DNA from: Patescibacteria group bacterium
GTDB lineage: Bacteria > Acidobacteriota > Terriglobia > Acidiferrales > UBA7541
Assembly: GCA_035541255.1 (NCBI GenBank)
Contig: DATKNR010000030.1
Span: 4,171 to 68,170, forward strand
Direction of reading: 5' to 3'
Length of the DNA: 64,000 nucleotides
A program made the position numbers and the translations under genes. How positions within the stretch are numbered: position 1 is the first letter of the stretch; every line of letters begins with the position of its first letter. Shown here piece after piece: positions 20,009 through 30,228 of this stretch. Under the pieces are notes generated by a model, which worked only from the letters and a program-made list of their open reading frames with translations, was not told where the DNA came from and did no database searches.

Positions 20009-20073
20009 CGCCTCCACCTTACGGATTGCAACCGGCGCGACAATTTGCTCCGGCTCTCCGTCTGTCCGTTCCG

Positions 20074-22206
20074 TTAATGCGCGGGGCCGGCGAGATGCCG
20101 GTCGAAGAAATCCGCCGCGGCATGATAAGCCCGAAGCCAGCTGATGTGCCGCAGGAAGCCGTGGATCTCGTCCGGGAGAATCAGTTCCTCGGCCTCCACC
20201 CCCTGTTTTCTGAGCGCCTCCATCATCAACACACTCTCGTGGAACGGGACATTGCGATCGTCGTCGCCCTGAATCAGCAGAACAGGCGACCGCCACGTCT
20301 TCATCGACGAAATCGGGGAGGATTCGACCGCCAGCCGCGCCGCTTCCGGATTCGCGTCCGGATCGTAGGCGGGCACAAAGTGGTGAATCACGTTGTTCCA
20401 GTTGTGCACCCCGTGCAGGTCGACGCCTGCGGCAAACAAATCTGACGCGCGCGCCAGCCCCATCGCCGTCAGATATCCTCCATAGGAGCCGCCCCACAGT
20501 CCGATGCGCTTTCCGTCCACGTCCGGCCGGCTGCGCAGGTAGAGGCCCGCTCCCATCACGTCGTTGAATTCGCTCGCCCCGGTCGCTCCGTAATTCAGCG
20601 CCTCGCGGAATTCCATCCCGTAGCCGATCCCGCTGCGGTAGTTCACCGACAGGACGATGTAGCCGCGGCTGGCCAGATACTGGTTCATGGCATAGGCGTT
20701 GTTGTAGTAGTCCATGTAATGCCAGCCGAGCAGCATCTGCCGCCGGGAACCGCCGTGGAAGAAGATCAACGCCGGCCGGCCTTCGCCCGGCTTCAATCCC
20801 GCGGGCAGAAAAAGCTGGCCGTGAATTGCCATTCCATCCGAGGCTGAAAAAATCACCTGCTGGGGCTCCACAAGCAGGGCCGCCGGAAAGTCGGCGGGAA
20901 TCGTTTGCGGCGCCAAATCGCGCGCCTCGCTGTCCGGCGGGATTACCGCGGCCCGCGCCGGCCGGCGAGCGTCGGAGTGAAGCATCACAATGGTTTTTCC
21001 GTCACTCGCGACTGCCGGATTCCACTCCAAGCCCGTTCCGCTCGTCACTGCCGACGGGCTCCCGCCATCCGCGCTCACGCGCCACAGATGGCGACGGTCT
21101 ATGTCGCCCTGGTTGGACGAGTACACAATCTCGCGTCCGCCAGGCGCGGTGGTGACATATTCCACCTCGAATTCTCCAGGGGTGAGGAGTCTGGCATCGC
21201 CGCCATTCACCGACACGGAGTACAGATGCGTCCACCCGTCGCGCTCCCAGGGAAACACGATGCGATCTCCCGCGCACCACATCAGCTCGTTTTCCGTCAC
21301 CGCTCCCCGGAAAACGCTTCCGCGCCCTTCCGCCGCACGCCAGATCTGCGTGCCGCGGCCGGTCGTCGCGTCGGCCACCCGGATGGACCACGGCTGGCCC
21401 TCGCGCTTCGGTCCAAACACGAACGCAACCGTCGAGGCGGGAATCCGCAGGAATGCGATCCTCTTTCCATCCGGCGACCAGACAGGTTCCGAGTCACGGT
21501 CCACGCTCGGGTCCAGGTAGGTGATTGATTTGTCCGAGAAGGCGTATACGGCGATGAAATTGTGGTCGCCGCGCGTGCTCACAAACGCCAGCCGGGATCC
21601 ATCCGGGGACCACCGTAGCGTGTCCGCTTTGCCTTTCATGTGGATCAATTGCTCGGGCTTCTGGGTTCCATCGAGCGTCGCGGTCCACACCTGACCTTCT
21701 TTCAAGTAGGCCACCACGTTTCCACGCGGGGAAATCTCACCGGCCGTGCCCTCCGCCACCTTTTTCGGCTCCGCTGTGCCAGAGGCGGGAATCATCCAAA
21801 TGGCGTGCTCCGGCCCCGCGGGATTGCTTGAGGGATTGGGATCCGAGCCCCTGGTTTCCAGGTCGGCACCGCGCGTGTAAATCAGGAAGTTTGCATCTGG
21901 ACTCCACCGCACTTCGCCGATGTCCACCCCATCGTCCTCTTTGTACGGCGTGGCCTGGTGCGCCACGTAGCCTCCCGTGGCCGATGCGCCGGCTGCGGGT
22001 TCCGCGATCCAGATGTTGCGCACTCCGCTGGCGTTCTGCAGCCAGGCTACGCGATTCGCGGCCGGAGCGGCTACCACCTCGGAAGGGAACGGTGCGCTCA
22101 TCACCTGCTCGAGCGTAAAGGGCCCTTTGGACTGCGCGGCGACTAGAACGGCAATAGAACAGCAGGCGAGCAGCACCGGCGAGACGTACCTGCGAGGAAG
22201 ATTCAC
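20074..22206 (-). CDS. S9 family serine peptidase with N-terminal beta-propeller
   Basis: GTG start after GGAGG, with a signal peptide. WSPDG propeller repeats. Catalytic GGSYGGYL, QGDDDRNV and DEIHGF. Confidence 0.9.
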   Translation of the reverse strand: MNLPRRYVSPVLLACCSIAVLVAAQSKGPFTLEQVMSAPFPSEVVAAPAANRVAWLQNASGVRNIWIAEPAAGASATGGYVAHQATPYKEDDGVDIGEVRWSPDANFLIYTRGADLETRGSDPNPSSNPAGPEHAIWMIPASGTAEPKKVAEGTAGEISPRGNVVAYLKEGQVWTATLDGTQKPEQLIHMKGKADTLRWSPDGSRLAFVSTRGDHNFIAVYAFSDKSITYLDPSVDRDSEPVWSPDGKRIAFLRIPASTVAFVFGPKREGQPWSIRVADATTGRGTQIWRAAEGRGSVFRGAVTENELMWCAGDRIVFPWERDGWTHLYSVSVNGGDARLLTPGEFEVEYVTTAPGGREIVYSSNQGDIDRRHLWRVSADGGSPSAVTSGTGLEWNPAVASDGKTIVMLHSDARRPARAAVIPPDSEARDLAPQTIPADFPAALLVEPQQVIFSASDGMAIHGQLFLPAGLKPGEGRPALIFFHGGSRRQMLLGWHYMDYYNNAYAMNQYLASRGYIVLSVNYRSGIGYGMEFREALNYGATGASEFNDVMGAGLYLRSRPDVDGKRIGLWGGSYGGYLTAMGLARASDLFAAGVDLHGVHNWNNVIHHFVPAYDPDANPEAARLAVESSPISSMKTWRSPVLLIQGDDDRNVPFHESVLMMEALRKQGVEAEELILPDEIHGFLRHISWLRAYHAAADFFDRHLAGPAH

Positions 22207-22343
22207 GGCGAGTTCCTCCGATAATGAGAATTGGCGCGACCCGCGGCGCGGGACGCGGACGAATCATACGCCCATCCGAAGCAGGACGAAACCGACGGGG
22301 AGGGAGGAAGGTGGGCGCTGCGGCGACAGCGCCAATTTATTTC

Positions 22344-22395
22344 TTGACATCACTTTCGTATGTTTATACATTCGATTGCATAAAATAGAGTTCGT
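22344..22395 (+). promoter_or_regulatory. putative arg operon promoter with one ARG-box-like operator
   Basis: An unusually AT-rich stretch. TTGACA (22344-22349), 17-nt spacer, TACATT (22367-22372). The 18-mer TATGTTTATACATTCGAT (22359-22376) resembles the wNTGAATwwwwATTCANw ARG box and overlaps the -10. Confidence 0.4.
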
Positions 22396-22839
22396 GTGAA
22401 CAAGCAGAAGACACTCCGGCAAGGACAGATCCTCAAACTGGTGGCGCGTGAGTCCATCGACAACCAGGACCGCTTGTGCCGGCGGCTGCGAGAAGAGGGC
22501 ATGCGCGTCACGCAGGCAACCGTTTCCCGCGATGTTCACGAGCTGAAGCTGGTGAAGACGGATCGAGGTTATCAGCCCCTGGGTGTCGAGGCCGTATCCG
22601 CGGCTCCTTCGCTTCCGCGTATGGCCCGCGAAGCGATCCGTGATTTGCGCCCGGCGCAGAATCTGCTGGTCATTAAGACGCCGCCCGGAGGAGCGCAGTC
22701 GCTTGGCGCCGCTCTCGATGCCGAAGGCTGGCCCGAAGTGGTGGGCACGGTCGCCGGCGACGATACCATCCTGGTGATCAGCCCCTCCACCCGCCAGCGG
22801 CTTGCAGTCCAAAAGCGCCTGCAGGACATGCTGCAATGA
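22396..22839 (+). CDS. argR: arginine repressor
   Basis: GTG start. N-terminal wHTH (RQGQILKLV...QATVSRDVHELKL) and C-terminal GT(V/I)AGDDT(I/L)LV oligomerisation/arginine-binding motif. Confidence 0.9.
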   Translation: MNKQKTLRQGQILKLVARESIDNQDRLCRRLREEGMRVTQATVSRDVHELKLVKTDRGYQPLGVEAVSAAPSLPRMAREAIRDLRPAQNLLVIKTPPGGAQSLGAALDAEGWPEVVGTVAGDDTILVISPSTRQRLAVQKRLQDMLQ

Positions 22840-23867
22840 ACACCTCGGTCCAGACGGCCGTAGTGGGAGCCACCGGTTACGCCGGCTACGAGCTTGCCCG
22901 CCTGCTCCTGCGCCATCCTCGGGTGGGGGAGACGGTCTTTTATTTGCGGGAACCGAACGGGGCCCGTTGCCTGACGGAAATTTTTCCGGCTCTGCGCGGC
23001 TGGGGCGAGGCCCCCGTGCGGCAGTTTTCGGCCGAAGCTGTGGCCGCGCAAGGCGCTCAGGTGGCCTTCCTGGCTACACCTCATGAAGCTTCCATAGAAA
23101 CCGTGCCGGAACTGCTCCAGTCCGGCCTTCGTGTGGTCGATCTCAGCGGCGCGTTCCGCTTCCATTCCGGGGATACGCTGGCTGAGTGGTATCGGCTGGA
23201 GCCGCCCGAGCCGGCGCTGCTGCGCCGCGCTGTTTACGGCCTTCCCGAACTCTACGGCGCGCAGGTGATGGATGCGGACCTGGTGGCGAATCCCGGCTGC
23301 TATCCGACGGCGGTCATACTAGGGCTGCGCCCGCTGCTGGACGCGGGCCTCATCGCGCGCGGCCGGGGCATCGTGTGCGATTGCAAATCCGGCACGTCCG
23401 GCGCAGGCAAGGAGCCCCGCCGCGACACCCATTTCTGCGAAGTGAACGAAAATTTCCGCGCCTACAAGCTATTTTCCCACCAGCACACACCCGAAGTCCT
23501 TGAGCATCTGCGGCTGGGGCCCGGAGACATGATGTTCTCCACGCACCTGCTCCCGCTGAGCCGCGGCATTTTGGCCACTCTCTACGCCTGGCTGGACGCG
23601 CCCGCCACCGCCGAGGATATCGAAGCGCTCTACCGCGCCTGCTATGCGGACCGCAAACTGGTGCGCGTGTCGCCGGCGGGAAAGCTGCCGGAGCTGCATC
23701 ACGTGGTGAATACAAATTTTTGCGACATCGGATTCGCCCTGGATTCATCGGGGCAGCGGTTGATGGTGGTTTCGTGCCTGGACAATCTGGGCAAAGGCGC
23801 CGCCGGCCAGGCGGTGCAGAACTTCAATCTGATGGTTGGAACCGAGGAGGCGGAAGGACTGCTATGA
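22836..23867 (+). CDS. argC: N-acetyl-gamma-glutamyl-phosphate reductase
   Basis: ATGA overlap with argR. GATGYAG NAD motif and active-site NPGCYPT. Confidence 0.95.
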   Translation: MNTSVQTAVVGATGYAGYELARLLLRHPRVGETVFYLREPNGARCLTEIFPALRGWGEAPVRQFSAEAVAAQGAQVAFLATPHEASIETVPELLQSGLRVVDLSGAFRFHSGDTLAEWYRLEPPEPALLRRAVYGLPELYGAQVMDADLVANPGCYPTAVILGLRPLLDAGLIARGRGIVCDCKSGTSGAGKEPRRDTHFCEVNENFRAYKLFSHQHTPEVLEHLRLGPGDMMFSTHLLPLSRGILATLYAWLDAPATAEDIEALYRACYADRKLVRVSPAGKLPELHHVVNTNFCDIGFALDSSGQRLMVVSCLDNLGKGAAGQAVQNFNLMVGTEEAEGLL

Positions 23868-24700
23868 GAATGGTCGTAAAACTTGCGGGTGCGCTGCTGG
23901 AGGACGAAGCAACGGTCCGATCGCTCGCCGGGCAGATTGCCGAGCTCGCCGCGCGGCACGAGATCCTGGTGATCCACGGCGGCGGGCGCATCTTTACCGC
24001 CACGCTGGCGAAGATGGGCGTCGAGAGCCGCTTCCTCTCCGGACTGCGCATCACGGACCAAGAAACTCGCGACGCCGCAGTAATGGTCTTCGCCGGCCTG
24101 CTTGGGAAACGCCTGTCGGCGGCCATTTCCGCCGCGGGCCGACCGGCCGTGGGCATCTGCGCAGCCGATGCGCTGTGCTTTCAGGCCGAGCCCATGACGC
24201 TCGACGGCGCCTCGGCCGATCTCGGCTATGTTGGATACATCACGGCCGTGAACGCGGGCTTTCTCGAATCGCTCTGGCGCGTGGGCATCGTTCCTGTGGC
24301 GGCCTCGCTCGGAGCCGGCACCGATGGCGAACTCTTCAACGTGAACGCGGACCATATGGCCGCCGCCTGCGCCGAATTTCTCGGAGCGGAGCGCCTCATT
24401 TACCTTACGGACGTCGCGGGAGTTCTGGAGGGCCAGGCCGTGCTGCCACACGTCCACGTGGACGACGTGGAGGAAATGATCCGAACGCACCGCGTAACCG
24501 GCGGCATGATTCTGAAACTCGAGGCCTGCCGCCGCGCCCTGGAGGGCGGTGTATCGGAAATTTGCGTCGTGGGTGGCTCCGGGCAGGGAACGCTGCTCGC
24601 TGCTGCAGACGGCGCTGCCTGCGGCACGCGGATTCTTCTCGGAGCATCAGAATCGCCCGAACCGGCAGCCGTTCGCTTCGCCGCGGGAGGCCTGGCATGA
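23864..24700 (+). CDS. argB: acetylglutamate kinase
   Basis: ATGA overlap with argC at 23864. MVVKLAGALL..., LVIHGGG, GLRITD, NVNAD motifs. The ORF-track 5' extension (23720) is rejected. Confidence 0.95.
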   Translation: MRMVVKLAGALLEDEATVRSLAGQIAELAARHEILVIHGGGRIFTATLAKMGVESRFLSGLRITDQETRDAAVMVFAGLLGKRLSAAISAAGRPAVGICAADALCFQAEPMTLDGASADLGYVGYITAVNAGFLESLWRVGIVPVAASLGAGTDGELFNVNADHMAAACAEFLGAERLIYLTDVAGVLEGQAVLPHVHVDDVEEMIRTHRVTGGMILKLEACRRALEGGVSEICVVGGSGQGTLLAAADGAACGTRILLGASESPEPAAVRFAAGGLA

Positions 24701-26076
24701 AGCGGGCCGCCTCGCGCACCGCGAGTTCGCCGGTCACCGGAGTCTCCGCTGCACTACGCGCCGAGGCCCGGCACCTGATGAACACCTACAAGCGTCCGCC
24801 GGTGGTGTTTACCCGCGGGAAGGGCTGCTATCTGTACGATTCCGCCGGCCGCCGCTACCTCGATTTTCTGGGCGGCATTGCGGTGAATGCGCTGGGGCAC
24901 GCCCACCCCCGCGTGGTAGCTGCAATTCGCCGCGAGGCGGGACGCGCCATCCACATCTCCAACCTTTATCACAACCCCTATCAGGGCCCGCTGGCCGCGA
25001 AATTGGCCAAATGGTCCGGGCTCGACCGCGTGTTTTTCACGAACAGCGGCACCGAAGCCATTGAAGGGGCATTGAAGCTCGCGCGCCTCCATGCGAGGAA
25101 GGCCGCGGGAACAGCCGCGCATCCTCCCCACAAATTCCTGGCCCTCGAAAATTCATTTCATGGCCGCACGTTCGGCGCGCTCGGTATCACGTTCCCGGCC
25201 AAATATCGCGAGCCCTTCGCCCCGCTCGTTCCGGGCGTGGAATTCGTCCGCCGCAATGACGTGGACGACCTGGCGGCGAAATTTGACGGCTCGGTCTGCG
25301 CCGTCGTGTTGGAGACGGTGCAGGGTGAGGGCGGAATCTACCCGGTAAGCGAAACGTTTTATAAACTCGCGCGCCAGCTGGCCACGCGTCACGGCGCCGC
25401 GCTGATTGCCGATGAAATCCAGTGCGGCCTCGGACGTACCGGCCGGCCGTTTGCGTATCAGAAATTCGCCGCAGCGCCCGAAATGCTTCCCGACATCGTC
25501 ACCGTCGCGAAACCGATTGCCGCGGGGCTGCCGCTGGGCGCATTTCTGGCCCGAGAGGAGTTTGCCCAGGCGTTCAGTCCGGGTGCTCACGGCACCACGT
25601 TTGGCGGCGGGCCGCTCATCTGCGCGGTCGCTCTCGAAGTGCTCTCCATTATCGAGGAGGAAAAGTTGATGGAGAACGCGCGGGAGCGCGGCGAAGAACT
25701 CTGCGTTGGCCTTGCAGAAATCGCACTGCGCTATGACGGCATCCGCGAAATCCGCGGGGAGGGCCTGATGATCGGGGTGGAGCTTGCGCACGATGGCGCA
25801 CCCGCCGTGGAAGCCGCGCTCGCCGAGCGCTTGCTGATCAACTGCACTCACGACCGCACCCTTCGACTGCTTCCCGCGCTCAACATCACGCCGCGCCACG
25901 TGGCGGAATTCCTGGGCAAGATGGAACGCGCGCTCGTCCAATCGCGCCCGAAACCGCAGCTCCGGATCCCCGCCGGGGCGGTGACGGCCATGCAGAGTGC
26001 CTCCGTTCTTCCGCCGGTCGCAGCCCGGCACGGCGGAAATGTTTTCGCAGCCGCGGCGCACGCGGAGAAAGGTTGA
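24697..26076 (+). CDS. argD: acetylornithine aminotransferase
   Basis: ATGA overlap with argB at 24697. Class III aminotransferase motifs (FTNSGTEA, DEIQCGLGRTG, VAKPIAAGLP with PLP-Lys). The long ORF 23836..26076 is an out-of-context 5' extension. Confidence 0.95.
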   Translation: MKRAASRTASSPVTGVSAALRAEARHLMNTYKRPPVVFTRGKGCYLYDSAGRRYLDFLGGIAVNALGHAHPRVVAAIRREAGRAIHISNLYHNPYQGPLAAKLAKWSGLDRVFFTNSGTEAIEGALKLARLHARKAAGTAAHPPHKFLALENSFHGRTFGALGITFPAKYREPFAPLVPGVEFVRRNDVDDLAAKFDGSVCAVVLETVQGEGGIYPVSETFYKLARQLATRHGAALIADEIQCGLGRTGRPFAYQKFAAAPEMLPDIVTVAKPIAAGLPLGAFLAREEFAQAFSPGAHGTTFGGGPLICAVALEVLSIIEEEKLMENARERGEELCVGLAEIALRYDGIREIRGEGLMIGVELAHDGAPAVEAALAERLLINCTHDRTLRLLPALNITPRHVAEFLGKMERALVQSRPKPQLRIPAGAVTAMQSASVLPPVAARHGGNVFAAAAHAEKG

Positions 26077-26080
26077 TTCC

Positions 26081-27022
26081 ATGGCCGTCGCTTCTATTGC
26101 CACCGCTTCGCCGCGCGATCTGGTGACCGGCGCGGAGTTCACTGCCGCGCAGCTCCACTCCGTGTTGCAGCTCGCGGCAGAGGTGAAGGCACACCCGGAA
26201 CGCTTTCGCGGCGCGCTGAGCCGCCGCTTCCTCGCGTTGCTGTTCGAGAAGCCATCGCTGCGAACGCGGGTGTCGTTTGAAATCGGAATGCAGAGTCTGG
26301 GCGGCGGCTCCGTGTTTCTCGATTACAGCGCGGCGCGCATGAGCGAACGCGAAACGGTGAAAGATCTGGCGCGCAATCTGGAACGCTGGGTGGACGTGAT
26401 CGCTGCCCGCACCTATCTGCAGAGCACGATTGAAGAGCTGGCGGACAACGCAAAGATTCCCGTCATCAACGGGCTGAGCGACCGCTACCATCCCTGCCAG
26501 ATCCTGGCGGATTTTCAGACGCTCGAGGAGCGCTTCGGAAACCTGCGCGGATTCAAACTGGCGTTTGTGGGCGACGGCAACAACGTTTGCCATTCGCTGT
26601 TGCTGGCCGGCGCCCGGCTCGGCGTGAACCTGAAGATCGCCACTCCGCCGAATTACAAGCCCGATCCCGCCATCGTGGCCGATGCCCGGCTGGCCGCAAA
26701 GGAGACGAAAGCGCGGATCGAACTGCTCGCCGAGCCCACCGAGGCAGTTTCCGGAGCGCAGGCGGTCTATACGGACGTGTGGGCCAGCATGGGACAGGAG
26801 CAGGAAGCCGCCGAGCGGGAAAAAGTATTCAGCCGCTATCAGGTGAACGATGAACTGATGGCCCACGCGCTGCCCGACGCCGTCTTCATGCACTGCCTGC
26901 CCGCGCACCGCGGGCAGGAAGTCACCGAGGCGGTGCTCGAATCGCCGCGCTCCATCGTGTACGACCAGGCGGAAAACCGCATGCACGCGCAGAAAGCGCT
27001 GCTGCTCACGCTGCTGGCCTGA
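26081..27022 (+). CDS. argF: ornithine carbamoyltransferase
   Basis: ATG at 26081, 4 nt after the argD stop. SLRTRVSFE, HPCQILAD and HCLPAHRGQE motifs. Confidence 0.95.
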   Translation: MAVASIATASPRDLVTGAEFTAAQLHSVLQLAAEVKAHPERFRGALSRRFLALLFEKPSLRTRVSFEIGMQSLGGGSVFLDYSAARMSERETVKDLARNLERWVDVIAARTYLQSTIEELADNAKIPVINGLSDRYHPCQILADFQTLEERFGNLRGFKLAFVGDGNNVCHSLLLAGARLGVNLKIATPPNYKPDPAIVADARLAAKETKARIELLAEPTEAVSGAQAVYTDVWASMGQEQEAAEREKVFSRYQVNDELMAHALPDAVFMHCLPAHRGQEVTEAVLESPRSIVYDQAENRMHAQKALLLTLLA

Positions 27023-27052
27023 GCCGCCGGCGCCAATTTCGAGGAGAGCGAA

Positions 27053-28294
27053 TTGACGAAAACTTCAGGAAACCAGAAACCGTCCGTGCGGAAAGTGGCG
27101 CTGGCCTATTCCGGCGGACTCGACACATCCATCATCATTCCATGGCTGAAGGAGAATTACGGCTGCGAAGTGGTGGCCATGATTGGCGACGTAGGGCAGC
27201 AGGAAGATGTGGAAGCCGCGCGGAAGAAAGCGCTGGCTACGGGCGCCTCCGCCGCGTTTATCGAAGATCTGCGCGAAGAGTTCGTGACGCAGTATATCTG
27301 GCCCACGCTGCGCGCCGGTGCCGTCTACGAACACAGCTATCTGCTGGGCACATCGATGGCGCGTCCGGTGCTGGCCAAGCGCCAGGTGGAGGTCGCGCGC
27401 CGCACAGGCGCAGACGCCGTGTCCCACGGCTGCACCGGCAAAGGCAACGACCAGGTGCGCTTCGAACTCACGTTCAAGGCCCTGGCGCCGGACCTGAAAA
27501 TCATTGCGCCCTGGCGGGAATGGAACATCCAGTCGCGCGAGGACGCACTCGACTACGCGCGCACCCACGGCGTGCCCGTCGAGCAGTCGCTGAAAAATAT
27601 TTACAGCCGCGACCGTAACCTCTGGCACCTGAGCCACGAAGGCGGCGTGCTGGAAGATCCCGCCAACGAACCAGAGGAAGCGATGTGGCAGTGGATCACG
27701 GCGCCGGCGCGCGCGCCGGAAACCCCCGCCCAGGTGGAAATCGGGTTCGAGGAAGGCACGCCGGTCTCGATCGATGGCCGACGCGTGAGCGGAGTCGAGT
27801 TGATCGATCATCTCAACGCGCTGGCCGCAGCGCATGGTGTGGGCCGGGCGGACATCGTGGAAAACCGGCTGGTCGGCATGAAGTCGCGCGGAGCCTATGA
27901 GACGCCTGGCGGCACGCTGCTGGTACACGCGCACCGCGAACTGGAAGCTCTGTGCCTGGATCGCGAGACCGCGCATTTCTCTTCGCTGCTCGCCCAGCGC
28001 TACGCCGAGATGGTGTACTACGGCCTGTGGTTCACCGAATTGCGCGAATCGCTCGACGCGTTTTTCCGCCGCGCCCAGCAGCGCGTGACCGGCAGCGTCC
28101 GCCTGAAGCTGCATAAAGGGAACCTGACCGTCATCTCGAGGCACTCTCCGCTCTCGCTGTACCAGAAAGACCTGGCGAGCTTCACGATGGGACGCTATAA
28201 CCCGCAATTCGCCGAAGGGTTCATCAACCTTTTCGCGCTGCCCGTGACCATGCCCGCGCCCGCGGCGAAGAGCGCCTCCGGGGAGAAGAAGTGA
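27053..28294 (+). CDS. argG: argininosuccinate synthase
   Basis: TTG start. [10 protein letters not shown]-loop, [14 protein letters not shown], and the SRD.NLWH block. Confidence 0.95.
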   Translation: MTKTSGNQKPSVRKVALAYSGGLDTSIIIPWLKENYGCEVVAMIGDVGQQEDVEAARKKALATGASAAFIEDLREEFVTQYIWPTLRAGAVYEHSYLLGTSMARPVLAKRQVEVARRTGADAVSHGCTGKGNDQVRFELTFKALAPDLKIIAPWREWNIQSREDALDYARTHGVPVEQSLKNIYSRDRNLWHLSHEGGVLEDPANEPEEAMWQWITAPARAPETPAQVEIGFEEGTPVSIDGRRVSGVELIDHLNALAAAHGVGRADIVENRLVGMKSRGAYETPGGTLLVHAHRELEALCLDRETAHFSSLLAQRYAEMVYYGLWFTELRESLDAFFRRAQQRVTGSVRLKLHKGNLTVISRHSPLSLYQKDLASFTMGRYNPQFAEGFINLFALPVTMPAPAAKSASGEKK

Positions 28295-29694
28295 CACCAC
28301 CCACCGGCAAGATGTGGGGCGGCCGCTTCGACGAGCCCCCCGATCGCGAGTTCTACGCTTTCCAACGCTCGTTGGGCTTCGACGCCGCACTCCTGCCTCA
28401 GGAGATTGCCGCCAGCCGCGCATGGGCCTCCGCGCTTGCCGGCGCCGGAATCCTGACCGCCACGGAGGCGGAAACGATCCGCAGCGCGCTGGAAGACATC
28501 AGCCGCGCAGCGCGGCAGGACGCCGCCGCTGTGACCGCTTCCGATGCCGAGGACGTCCACAGTTATGTGGAATCCGCGCTCATCGCGCGAGTCGGGGATC
28601 TGGGAGCGAAATTGCACACCGGCCGGAGCCGCAATGAGCAAGTGGCCACCGACCTGCGCCTCTATCTGCGCGCGGCAGCCCGCGACGCGCGCTCCGCGCT
28701 TGCCGCTCTGCTCGGCTCGCTTGTCGGCCTGGCACGACGGCACGAGCGCGCCGTTATGCCCGGCATGACGCACATGCAGCCCGCGCAGCCGATTTTGTTC
28801 TCACACTTCTTGCTCGCGCATGCGGAAGCTTACTTCCGGGATGTCGATCGCGTTGCGGACGCGGCGCATCAGGCCGATGCCTGCGTTCTGGGCTCCGGGG
28901 CACTCTCGGGCTCAGCATTTTCCATCGATCGCGCCGCCATCGCCCGGGAACTGGGCTTCGGCCGGATCACGGGCAACAGCCTGGACGCAGTAGGCGACCG
29001 CGATTTCGCCGTCGCCTATCTGTTCGCGCTCTCGCTCATTGCCGCCCATCTTTCAAGGCTGGCGGAGGATTTCATCCTGTTTTCTTCCGCGGCGTTCGGG
29101 TGGATTGAGCTTCCCGACGCGTATTCCACCGGCAGCAGCCTGATGCCGCAGAAGAAAAATCCGGATTGCTGGGAACTGATTCGCGGGAAGACGGGACGAA
29201 TCTACTCCGCGTTATATGGCCTGCTCACAGCGCTCAAAGGCTTGCCTTCCAGCTACAACCGCGATCTTCAGGAAGACAAGGAGCCGCTGTTCGCCGCGCA
29301 TCACGAGACGCTGGCCATGCTGCGCATTGCCGCGGGCGCAGTGGCCGCCACGCGTATCCGTGAAGACCGCATGCGCGCGGCTGCCGGGCCGGAACTGCTG
29401 GCCACCGAGGCCGCCGACTACCTGGTTCACAAGGGCGTGCCCTTCCGGAAAGCGCACGAAATCGCCGGTCAGGTGGTGCGAGAGGCGGAACGCGCCGGCG
29501 TGCCGTGGACGGAACTGCCGCTCGAAACCATGCGCCGATTCTCGCCGCTGTTCACCGGTGACTTGCACGCCTGCATCACGCTCGACGCCGCCATCGCGCG
29601 CCGCGATGTGCCCGGTGGCACGGCTCCGGCACGCGTATGCCAGGCCATCCTCGATGCCGAAGCGCGGATTGCACGGCTGGAGGCAGCGGCATGA
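28291..29694 (+). CDS. argH: argininosuccinate lyase
   Basis: GTGA overlap with argG. MWGGRF N-terminus, [12 protein letters not shown] signature and TGRSRNEQV. Confidence 0.95.
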   Translation: MTPPTGKMWGGRFDEPPDREFYAFQRSLGFDAALLPQEIAASRAWASALAGAGILTATEAETIRSALEDISRAARQDAAAVTASDAEDVHSYVESALIARVGDLGAKLHTGRSRNEQVATDLRLYLRAAARDARSALAALLGSLVGLARRHERAVMPGMTHMQPAQPILFSHFLLAHAEAYFRDVDRVADAAHQADACVLGSGALSGSAFSIDRAAIARELGFGRITGNSLDAVGDRDFAVAYLFALSLIAAHLSRLAEDFILFSSAAFGWIELPDAYSTGSSLMPQKKNPDCWELIRGKTGRIYSALYGLLTALKGLPSSYNRDLQEDKEPLFAAHHETLAMLRIAAGAVAATRIREDRMRAAAGPELLATEAADYLVHKGVPFRKAHEIAGQVVREAERAGVPWTELPLETMRRFSPLFTGDLHACITLDAAIARRDVPGGTAPARVCQAILDAEARIARLEAAA

Positions 29695-30224
29695 GAATCC
29701 ATCGCGCACGCCCTGGGGATGCTCCGTCCATCGCCGCGCTGATCGCGGAGTACGCCGGGCAGGGATTGCTTCTGCCGCGCTCGCCGGAACAGATTCAGGC
29801 CACTATCGGAGATTTTCTGGTGGCCCGCGACGGCACGCGAATGGTGGGTGCCGTGGCTCTCGAATATTACGGCGCGCGGCACAATGGCCTGGCCGAGATT
29901 CGCTCACTGGCGGTCGCCCCGGAGGCGCGGAGCGCAGGCCTCGGTGGCCGTCTGCTGGAAGCCGCGGTCAAACAGGCGCGCGGCGAAGGGGTGGCGCGAG
30001 TCTTCGCCGTTACCCGCTTCACGAAATTCTTTGAACGCCACGGATTTGCGCGTGTGCCCGCCGGCATGCCCGCGGAAAAGGTCGCACGTGATTGCGCCGC
30101 ATGCCCGAAAGCTGCCGGCTGCACGCTCGAGGCTCTCTCGCGCGATCTGACTCCGTCATACGCAGCGCAACCGCTTCCCATATTTTCACCGGCCCGCCTC
30201 CGCCGCCAGGCCGTGCCTGCCTAG
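29691..30224 (+). CDS. GNAT acetyltransferase, probable short-type N-acetylglutamate synthase
   Basis: ATGA overlap with argH at 29691. GNAT acetyl-CoA motif (IRSLAVAPEARSAGLGGRLL). The position directly after argH matches the known ArgH-linked or ArgH-fused short NAGS arrangement. Confidence 0.7.
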   Translation: MRIHRARPGDAPSIAALIAEYAGQGLLLPRSPEQIQATIGDFLVARDGTRMVGAVALEYYGARHNGLAEIRSLAVAPEARSAGLGGRLLEAAVKQARGEGVARVFAVTRFTKFFERHGFARVPAGMPAEKVARDCAACPKAAGCTLEALSRDLTPSYAAQPLPIFSPARLRRQAVPA

Positions 30225-30228
30225 TCGC

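Noticed and set aside
23836-26076. A 746-aa ORF suggesting an ArgB-overlapping fusion protein, plus similar 5' extensions of argB, argF, the GNAT, ackA, pntAA, the SDR, aceE and the HlyD lipoprotein.
   Set aside because: The extensions are in alternative frames over upstream genes and are Arg/Gly-rich nonsense. The family N-termini start at internal ATGs that form ATGA overlaps or follow SD sites.
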